Assembly: GCF_000181795.1 (NCBI RefSeq)
Contig: NW_003526945.1
Location: 3,768,108-3,832,107, forward strand
Reading direction: 5' to 3'
Source of the DNA: Trichinella spiralis
Taxonomy: Eukaryota
Length of the DNA: 64,000 bases
The notes under the pieces: model-generated
Told to the model about the DNA's origin: nothing
Databases searched by the model: none
What the model saw: only the letters and a program-made list of their open reading frames with translations
Part shown: in pieces, positions 53,734 through 64,000 of the stretch
How positions within the stretch are numbered: the first letter of the stretch is position 1
Layout of the letters: each line of letters opens with the position of its first letter
Position numbers and translations under genes: made by a program

Positions 53734-56095
53734 TCACCATTTCAACGTCAAAGAATGCCACTTTGCTATTCTGTGATTTGGATAAGCAATCATCTGGCGC
53801 CATTGCATTTTTCCAGATTCGTTCGATAAATTGCCCAAAATAACATGTCCAATTTCATCTTGCATCACTGTTGAACTGGCGCTTGATAACTGAATTGAAG
53901 TACAACATGTTAAATTCAAGTGTGATATTAGATTTTTCTTCATAAAAGTTATTTTTTGCTCATACTATATCCATCCTATCATGTTAATCCATACTATAAT
54001 CTAGTAAACTTTTTTCTACTACTGAAATTATTTTTTCAAACTAGAACATCTAGGTTAAACATTTTTAGAGGTTTTGATTTATTACTATTTATCAAATAGG
54101 AAAGAATCTCATTCGTGCAATGATTTGCACGCGTATTTTTAATGATAAAACAAAAAGCACCGCACTATTTTCCTGTATTATTCCTGTAGATGTTTCATTT
54201 ACGAAAAAATTAACTTTGTGTTTTCCAAGTATAATAATTTGCATCACAAACTAAATTGAAAGATGCGTCTAAAGCCACTGTAGCAGCAATTTCAAAAAAT
54301 GGGGATTATTGTACAGTTCAATTAACGCACTGCATTGGGTAGAAGAAACTTCTGACTTCAATTAGTAAAGAGGTATTGTTGTCAAGCTTATAGAAAATTT
54401 TAAATCAATCTTTGAAGTAGTGTAATATTTTTTATTTTCACTTTGAAATAGTGGCGCAATTTAATTTCAACTTATTGTCATTTTTATTTCCTTTCAATGC
54501 ATGTTGTCCTGATAAAAATGACCTGTTGGCTTGGTAACGAAAGTCATTCTTTTCCAAGCTGAATGCGAATTTTCTAATAATTGGGGACCAAACTCCGCTT
54601 ACATTGCTCATAAAACGTGCACATTATTCATAATTAATTCATTTTAAATTTGTAAAGGCTATGTTTTTTCTATAATATTTTTTGAATGAAAAATGGAAAG
54701 TCCTATCTCACCTTGGTCACTGTTTGAATTCATGCAATAAGTGCAATTGATTAGAATTGGATTTCAGAAAATGATCATTGACCGTTATTCTATATGAAAT
54801 TAATAACACTTATTGTTGTATAACTTTTGCAATTGCAATTTCATATTTCAGTATTTTATCTTCTACATGAAAAGAAGCACAATTCTATTTTCAGTTTAAG
54901 CACAGTGCCATTGTTTAAAAGTAGATTAGATTGAATTGTCAAATGAAATTTGATTCATTTAAAATGTTAAATGCAAATATACAGTTCTGCGCAAACATTC
55001 TATATCTAACATTAAAAAATTGTAGTGGTTTAACTGTGGAGATTTTGAATTGTGTTACAGTGAAAAAATGCTCAAAAATTAATGTTTCTTCGGTAACTTA
55101 CCGCAATTACAAGTGATGCTTCGCATGCAGCTCGTGGCTCAATGTAAAAGCTTACAATATCGTTATATATTGGTGAACAACGCCCGTACTTTACAGCCGT
55201 AGTGCGTTTTTCACATTCTCCATTTTCCTGTACTAGCCATATGATTGCAAAGGAATCTTCAAAAAGAGATCATTTCTTAATTATGTCTGTTGTCATTGTT
55301 TTTGTCATCACTGAAGTACCTATTGGACTGTCGGGAGGTGAAAGCTCTTTCGCTTGCAACACGTACACCGTCAATCGACATTGCTCTGGTTGATACAACA
55401 AAGCAACAAGCAGTTTGCCAGAGCATCTTGTCTGAAATTTATATCCAGAATTTATTCTTTTATAATTCTTATTTATCATTACATTAATGTCTTTTACATA
55501 TGCAATAAACAATAAAATACAACATGAAACTTAAGCAGCTTAATGAACGACTAGTTTTCATCTCTAAATAATACCTTTAAAAATAAATTTATTAAGTTAT
55601 AAGAAAAATAAAAAAATAATCTTTTTTATTCATAATTATAAAAGAAAACAACTACTCGCCTCTTTCGCAGAATTCGCCTCAGATCCAGAGTGCAATCCAA
55701 CTTGTTTCAACGAAGAAATTACTTGTGACACTGGATCTCCTCCTCCGACTTGCATTGTATCATAATGTGACCATCGTACATGCAATGCCTGCTTCTTCAG
55801 TCGGTTTCCTAAATAAATTTTTGCGTATTACAATTTTTCAAAACAAATTATACATAATAAAAAGAGCTGCAAGGATTCAGAACACAGTCGTTTAGCTTTT
55901 TATTGTAGATATACTGTTTCTACCTGTTGGGGTTTCAAGATTCCTGTGAACAATTGGCTGCATGGAAAAAGCTCTACGGCCGTCCACTTGAAATGTATTA
56001 TTGTGCTTTGCCTTTCTATGTCCACCTGAGCCTCGTTTGTGGCCAGAAAAGTTTACGTTACCCAAAATCATCTTATTTAACAAACAGTGATCCAT
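53734..56095 (-). CDS. Synaptotagmin-like protein with one C2B-type domain (~247 aa, exons 56095-55924, 55808-55660, 55431-55320, 55256-55102, 53889-53734; 5' end uncertain)
   Basis: GKLLVALLYQPEQCRLTVYVLQAKEL...DSFAIIWL...KRTTAVK...SPIYNDIVSF...SLVIA|...DEIGHVILG...WRQMIAYPNHRIAKWHSL matches a synaptotagmin C2B fold, including the terminal W..M...P...IA.WH.L motif. Confidence 0.8.
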
Positions 56096-59000
56096 ACTGA
56101 ACTTTCAGTGTGACAACAGATCAGAATAAAAGCAATTAGCAAAAAGAACTACTTTAATAAAACACTCTGAAAGGCTGTCACAAGTTCAGCTGATTGTCAT
56201 AGACAAAACGATGGGAGGGAAGTCAACAAAATTGCAAAACGCATTACTTGTGCTGACTGCCCTCATATTCAATGCTGAATCAATGATTGGCGCTGGACCG
56301 TGAAAACGCTATTCATACTATAATCTCTTAACCCAATACTTCATTAACAGCCAATCAAGCAATTATCCCATTAATTAACTGTTCCCTAGTCAATGTTTTG
56401 TAGTTTTTGTTAAAAAAATCAGCATGAACCGCAAATCTTTTTAAATAATAACTGAAAAGACATTATTCATTTTCAATCTTAATGCAGTCCAACTAAACTT
56501 CTCAGTACTTTAAGGAAATGGAATTGAAAACATAAGTGTCATTTTTTCGAAGAAAAGCAATGCAATTACGATGTCAGTGAATGCACCACACTTCTTCCGT
56601 TTTAAGTTTTTAAAGAAAACGGAAAAGTACATGTATACATTATTTTAAAACGATGTAAAATAGATTGGTTCCATAAAATCAATATAGTACACAGCAGGGA
56701 GTGATGATAGCAGGAGTTCCAGCAGACATATCTATCAGAATAATGAATCAAATAATGATTGGATATCATGCAGAGCAAGGTTAGATGCGCATAAAGAACT
56801 TTGTCTAATTGTCCGTACAAAGAAATGTTTGAGAAAAGCATCATTACTGTAACACAGCTATGATGATAAAAATTTTAACGAAATGCCACAAACTTGTAGA
56901 GCTTATCAATGCTTCATGAAAAATGCTTATTTCACGTGCTATAAATCACAGTTCAATTTGATATTTCATTTCATGCAAACAATCACAGAGTAAATTTGTC
57001 ACATTGCTTTAAAAGTTGCCAGTATTTAAATTTACTCTTACACCTTTATCATCATATTATAATCATTACAAAAAAATATTTATAAAATACAAAGGTTGTC
57101 TGACTTTAGCATGCATATTTTTCTTATGAATTATCAAATTCTTCATTTCATTATTAAATCATAATTATTTTGCACAGTTAAAAGATGGAACTGCTTTTTT
57201 CAAATTTAAACCATTTTCTTATTGTAGGAATATCGCCATCCATATACTCTCACATATAGTAAATAATAATTTTTATTTATAATTAAATGTATGGATTTTA
57301 TTAATATAACGTAATTATTTTCAGAATTTCAAAACTTATGTATGAATTGTTGAGAAAAAGTTTAACTTTATTTCATGAACATATAAATGATCATTCCTGT
57401 TTTCACAATAAATAACTAACAAACAAGTGCAGCAAGTGCATGCAAATATCAAACCATCATTTAATTAAAAAGAAATGAAACTTTTAATTTAATTCAACCT
57501 TGCAAAATATAAAATTTATTTTCTATTTAAATATAAGCTAGCATTTTAAAATCAATTGTGCACATTTTATTGACATTTCTGCAAAATAACTGACATTTTA
57601 ATATTAAATTATTTAAGCTTCACTTAATTAATTAGGAAAAGTGATTTTATTTTGCTTTTTCAAAAATATCATTTTAAATAAAACTTTCCTCAGTTCCTAT
57701 TCTGAAGTGGGCTTTAATTGCTCTTTAATTACTAATTTGCATAAAAGATAACTCTGCTGTCTTATTCAGTAATACACGTCAACAAGCACTTTTGCCAAGT
57801 GTGAAAAGGTAGCAGAATGGAAAATGGTCAAAATTTGTTGTTTGAAAAGAAAATTTTTCAGCGTTGTAAATATTTTACGACTCTTAAATTTATGCAAGTG
57901 AAATTAATATCATACATTTATTATAATACATATTGCAATACAACATACAGTCTTTATGAATTGAATGGCTGCACAAATACAAATTTCCAATAATTATATT
58001 ACTGCTGAAGTTAATATGAAATTGCAAATTTAAACGAATGTACAAGATCATTGATTTCATTCATTATAACCAATCTCCATTTCCTTATTCTTTTTAATTA
58101 AAGAAATAGTCATCTTTGTAGCTGTATGCAAATACTGTTTAGCATTTTAAGTTACAAAACCTTAAATATAATAACATAACTTTGTTTATTGCATCAGGTT
58201 ATTGCTTTTAATTGTGCCACAACATGAAAAAACTGCTCAATTTTAATTCATGAAACGAAATAATTATATGGCTAAAAATGCATTTTATCGCATATATGTT
58301 ATTGTAGTAAAATAAAAATAAACAAGTCGTATCACAAATCATAAATTCAAACAGTTAGATAAAAAAATAGTTAAATTTCACATTCTGTGATGAATAATAC
58401 CCTGGTCTTGCTCTTCATATTACTGTAATGATCTCTTTGTTGCAATAGCCAAAGAGTGATTTTCACGATTCAATTCAATTTTGTAAATAGTTTAAAAGAG
58501 TATAAGTTAATGTAAATCATGTAATTTATTACTTTTTACTGCGCAATATGTTCCATTAAAGCATTTTATTGGTAGAACAAGCAAAATTATCTCAACTGCT
58601 GTCGTCGCAACTTTACAAGCAATTTACTCTAAATAAAATCATGAAATCAAAATAACTGAAAAATAAGATGATTTTTTAAATATTTTCTTTATGAACGCAT
58701 TTCGGAATTATTAGCAAACTATTTAGCTTTTTCAAGCATTACGAAAAATTTCCTTAACAAAAAATACTTAATTTTATCGATGAATAAAGCACTTGCTAAT
58801 TAAACATATCAAACACATTCAACAGTTGTTTCCAAATCTGCTTGTGCATGCATATCTTCAAATACATAATCAAGTGATAATCTGCTACTGTGTCAACACA
58901 ATTGTTATATGAAAAAATTCGATAAAACTGATTGCAAACTTTTTATGCATCTATTTATCTATGCGAACTGTTTTGCATGATATACAAAAAATCGGATATG

Positions 59001-60017
59001 AACAAGAGTAAACCTTTGATTATTTGTAATGAAGGAAGTTAAAAAATGTTATTATGCAACAAACGTCCATATCTTGCATACGATTGGGCAAAATGCATAC
59101 GTCAATACAATGCTTACAGCACAATGCAATAAGAATATTTATCAGTAAATTTTTTATAAAAAAAAGTTTCCCCTGAAATACATAATAACTTGTGGAAAAG
59201 CTATTACTTTACGTTAAACATACAAACATTTAGACATGCAGATTACAGATATACGTACAGACATTTAGACGTTATATACATATTGCACTATACACATAAA
59301 AAAGTAATTTATGGGGGTTTTATTCCACTTTTGATTCTTCAGATTAACAACAGCTTAATTTTATTGATAACAGTGTCAGTGAAACAATAAAAATGTCACA
59401 GTTAATGATTTTGCTACAGCATTAAGTTTAAAAAAATAAGCTGAAAATTAATTCAATTTCTGTAACTTCCTTGTATTCATCAGGAAGTTAATATTAAAAT
59501 AAAAAGATAATCTCTCATTGAATTGCGGATTTCAATTTTACGCAATATTACTCTGATATGATCATTTTTTAGAATAAATTCAAATGTATTTTAGTTTCAG
59601 CTTGAGGTAAATGAAATTATTTATTTAGTATCGCCTGTTGTTGCAACTGATATTCATCTTTTCGTATTGTGTGACCGTTCAGCTCTGACGTCGAAATGCA
59701 ATTTCGCTTTTATGCCTTGGGAAAGGCACGCTCATTATCATGTCCAGAAGCAATTTTTCGAAATTAACAAAAATATTACAAAATAATAATTTTTTTCTGA
59801 ATCTTAATATAATAAAATAACATGAAAGAAGCATAAGTTAGTAGGCTTGTTTCACGTGCCTGTTATATAGTGCTTCAGTTGCATTGTCTTAATATCTACA
59901 CATTACACAGTTAACTTTTATAAATAAATAATATCAAAAATTATCTTTCCATGATCAAGCAATCACAATTAAAGTTGTTAATTAAATCGAAAGATATGAA
60001 TGCTTATTTAATGTGTA

Positions 60018-60020
<3 letters not shown>

Positions 60021-60048
<28 letters not shown>
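60021..60048. repeat. (GT)n microsatellite
   Basis: Perfect dinucleotide tandem repeat. Confidence 0.95.
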
Positions 60049-60051
<3 letters not shown>

Positions 60052-60090
60052 GATATTTAAAATTGAATTAAAAATAACAAGCAGTTATAC

Positions 60091-60466
60091 CTGATTGTTT
60101 TGAAGCGCGACTTGCGACTATTGAAATAGCAGTATCCATTTCATCTGTTGCTTCTTTAGTTAACATCCCGATAAAAATATTGAATAACTGAATAGTCAAA
60201 TATCAAGCAGAATGTGCGAACATGTCGATTATTATTCATTAATCATAAATGACTACTTTCTTAATAATAACTGCCTTAAATTTTCTCGAACTTCCCCCTG
60301 TGTTAAGTGCCTGTCGGCAGTTGTTGCTGCGCTGCATATATGCACGAGAACTGCTGAACAGCGCAATTGAACATTCAGATGATTTTAATGCTTTGGCTAA
60401 ATTTAGTATAGCTATTAATTCCTGGTGTAGTGGACTTTGAGCTAAGAATTGCACAAGGTTGTCCAT
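60091..60466 (-). CDS. Possible spliced orphan ORF (MDNLVQFLAQ...IIKK|LFNIFIGMLTKEATDEMDTAISIVASRASKQS...)
   Basis: ORF 60466-60257 can be joined through a GT-AG intron to an open exon 60187-60091 that ends in a GTATAA donor. No homology was recognised and the 3' end is unresolved. Confidence 0.3.
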
Positions 60467-63400
60467 CTTATTGCTGTCAAAATCAATGCCATGATATCAC
60501 CGATGAACAAACATTATTTGCCGTTATGACGGTTAAATAGATATTTTTCTACCAATTTAGATGCACAAAATAAAATTTAGAAATATAAAAGCTCAATCAA
60601 ATAACTGGAATTATTATTCAACAATTGTCTTCATATTATTAAATGTCATTAACCATCTGAAATAATGACTGACCTTTAAAGAATCGTATGTTTTTGATGA
60701 AAACAATTCATATGACTCTAATGTAATAAAGGCAAAACATCTTTTTCCTAAATATATTTTTGTTTAAATTGATGAAATTAAAAGATGAAGTTGTAAGTAT
60801 CAAATTAAATAATACAAGCTTTGTTGCATTGTTTCAGAAGTCAATGTATGAAAAATAGTGCAAATAATTCATAAAATGTATAAAAACAAAGGCATAGTAC
60901 TATTACATAGCGTGTTCTTAGAAAAGAAAAATGCAATGTCAAGTTCATCTTAAGTGGTTTTTCTAAAGATTAATTAGAAAGCATTAAGAAAAAATTGATT
61001 TTTTTTCTGTTTATTCAATGGATTAAGCAATGTTCAATGAAGGATCTATTTTCAATATTTCAAAAACATAAATTACGTTAGCACATAATACAATTATATA
61101 ATTTCAGACGTATATATTTAATAATTAATTTCCGTTTGTAGCAAACTAGTGTTATAAAGCTGTTTTAATACTTTACTTAAATTACAATTTCCTACTAAAA
61201 AGCTTTCGAATAAATCAGCAAAAACTCAGTTATAACGGTTTAATTCTAAATAACAGTGCAATTAAAAGTGATATCAAAGAGCAACCAGTAGATGAAGTAA
61301 AACTTTTTCAATACTGTAAGATACAGTTCATTGAAGTTTGTACTATTAGTATTTAGCAATCGAAGAATATTAAATCATGAATAAATTTAAAGTTGCGCAA
61401 CTGTTGCTTTTGTTAACACGTAATTTTTGAACACTTTTAAACTTATTTAAATATGCAATTATTGATCAACTTAACATCATATAACGACAATACATTGTCC
61501 GATGATGTGCCTGAATGTGTCAAATTGTAATAAAAAGAAGAAAAAAGTAAAACACAATGCCGCTTCTTACGTCCTATAAACGAATAAATTCACGCCGTAG
61601 CAACATTAGCAATCATTTGTACGTTTTAATTTGAATCATTAAAAAAAATTATTTGACAATTTGGTCAACCAAAATAAACTGCTGCCAGAGAAAATTACGT
61701 TTGATGTACAAATGAATTTTGATGAAGCAAATTTATAAAAATTTGTTACAAAATGTTGAAACATTTTAAATTGTGCTCTAAACTGCTGCCCAATCAGTAA
61801 TACTGTAATGCGCGGCGTGAAAATAAACAAGATAACTGCCGCAGAACTGTATGCAAATATTTTTCGTAGCAAATTGACCTGTTCAATAAAAATTCACTCG
61901 ACAAATTCACGGCGTTGTCAGTGTTGCATTTCACGATTATTTACAATATTTAAAATGTCAACTGAATTTATCCAGTGACAATGATGACAAATATGATTGA
62001 ATAATTGAAACACAATGCACAGGGAGCATCGCACGTGATCGTTTATCATTTTCATTAATATTAAAGGCTGTTTAATGGAAAAATCAACTCATTACCGACC
62101 GTTGTGGAAAATTTGATACAATTTTTAATAGAACAGTTTAAAAAGAATGTAAAATTACAAAACTGACAAAATCAAACAGCGAAAGCGACTTACTGAACAT
62201 CACGTGCTGCTGCTTTGTAGACGTGTTGTGGAATATATATTTTATATATTGCGGCAACAAGTGGCAAAATTGAAACGACTATTTCAAATGGTTTTTCATA
62301 CCAGCGACCAAGCCGCCCTCTGGTCAAGCGTCATTGCCAGTTTTGATTGAAAAATTCTGGCCTCTTCCGGCAAAATTTGCCATCACTCGCCCAACCAACC
62401 GCCGACTGCGATTGCGCCAATTAACTGCCGAGCGCTGATTGATGCAAATTTTTTGTCCGCATTGTTTTGACTGACCTTTTCGCGCCTGTCTGCATTTCTG
62501 CACAAATTAAAAACAAATTCAAAAGAGAGGGAGAAAGAAGGAAAAAAAATTTTTTTCCTTGATTTTGCAATTTCATCCATCCAACAACATCTTCAACACT
62601 TGAACCGGTTAAATGTTGAAAAACAATTCTTATCAATTTAAATTTCATCTTTTTTATTGATTTGTTTTCTTTTCTTTTCTTTTTATTATCTTCTCCATCA
62701 GTTTAATGTTACAGTACAAATAACAGAATGATAAAAACAACAAACCGGCATCAAAATTATTTAAAATTAAATGCCAATTCAATTAGAAGCATAATATCCG
62801 ATTTTTTGTTATTTGTTTCATATTTGATTGCGTTGTTTTATGAAAACTGACTCGCGAATTCAATACAAAATATTTCTCTCCATTATTCCAACATACATAC
62901 CCGTATGCAAAAAAAAGTTGCCAAGATGGCGGGCAATTTGAAAGTTTTTATTTTGCATCGACAGTTGTAGAATTATTTGAAAATATTTCAAAAATAATTT
63001 TCCGTTAATGTAATGCAATCTTCTTTCTTGCTTTTATTACTTTTATAACAAGCTTGGACGTTCCTGTTGTTTACTTTGTTGCCATCGTGCTTTTCTCATT
63101 CTCTACCCTATTGGTGTCTAAATTACACAGTTTGCTATTTTTCCCTCATTTCTCTCACTCTCTCTCTCTCTCTCTTTCTTTGTTATTAGTTGCATATTCG
63201 AGAGACAAAACCTATTGCTGAACTGAATATTGCAATAAAACACTGACTGCACTGTTCATACATCTTGCTAACATTATGCAAATCAATCGGTTTACTGAGA
63301 AGCGATAACGCTATCACAATGTGAATATATTCCAGGAGAATATTGGTTTCTTTTTATCAGTCTATGTGTGTTCATATCTGATGATGTTCAATGTAACTGC

Positions 63401-64000
63401 CTACGTATAGCTGCTATTAGTTCCTTCGATCAAAAGCGCTACTTTCAGGACAAGAAGGAGAGTTAAACAAATCTGCTACGTTAATTTGCCTTTTTCAGTC
63501 AAAAAATACTGCTATGCTCAACAATGCCATTCAAATCAACTGCAATTATTGTAAACTGAATTTCATGAAGCAAACAATCAAAACAAAAACAATTTCAAAC
63601 AACAGTAACTTTTGTCATTTTTTAAAACCTGTATATCATTACATTATACTGTGTTTGATAGGTCGTGGTTTTTCAGAAAAATGCCAATAAATTTTTCACT
63701 TTGGAAACAATGCATTTAGCCATTTATATTTCATTTTAAAAGTCGGGTTTAATTTTGCAACGAGGTATATATTTGAAATCTCTGTTGTAACTGTTCACTC
63801 GTTTTAATATGATAATATTTCCATTCATTGTATACATATTTTGTAAATTTAAATACAATTTTAGGTTAAAATCAAATTATTTTATAATATTTTTTTAAAA
63901 TTAATATTTCAGTTCATACCTTGGCATTTCAGTTTACTATTAATTGATTATTTTATTATTGTTTTAGTTATCTGTTGTTGTATGTTGTTACCTTTTGCTA

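Noticed and set aside
1..64000. CRISPR arrays, rRNA, intact tRNA or snRNA genes, prokaryotic defence systems
   Set aside because: None recognised. The window is spliced eukaryotic DNA and its tandem repeats are simple microsatellites.

Overview
AT-rich, intron-rich eukaryotic genomic DNA. Many introns are short (about 50-80 nt) with TTTCAG/TTTTAG acceptors. Intron style and gene content suggest a nematode, probably a Trichinella-like clade I species (inference). Manual splicing supports these genes: an N-terminal-only RAB3GAP2-like gene (+), intronless mitochondrial ribosome recycling factor (-), pyruvate dehydrogenase E1-alpha (10 exons, -), a 12-exon PCID2/Thp1-like gene nearly invisible in the ORF track (-), an aralar/citrin carrier (+), a CRAL-TRIO+GOLD protein (+), an orphan gene (+), a colmedin (TM-collagen-olfactomedin, -), a 104-aa single Ig I-set protein (-) and a single-C2 synaptotagmin-like protein with a probable GC-AG intron (-). 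Mobile DNA includes a TTAA-flanked piggyBac deletion derivative with a hAT element nested inside it (perfect 8-bp TSD), a ~280-bp MITE just upstream of the aralar gene, and probable Gypsy debris. I found no prokaryotic system or CRISPR array and cannot claim a clearly novel system. The best leads are the nested transposon, the hidden PCID2 gene, the truncated or minimal domain proteins, and candidate regulatory motifs. All family assignments come from recalled motifs, not database searches.
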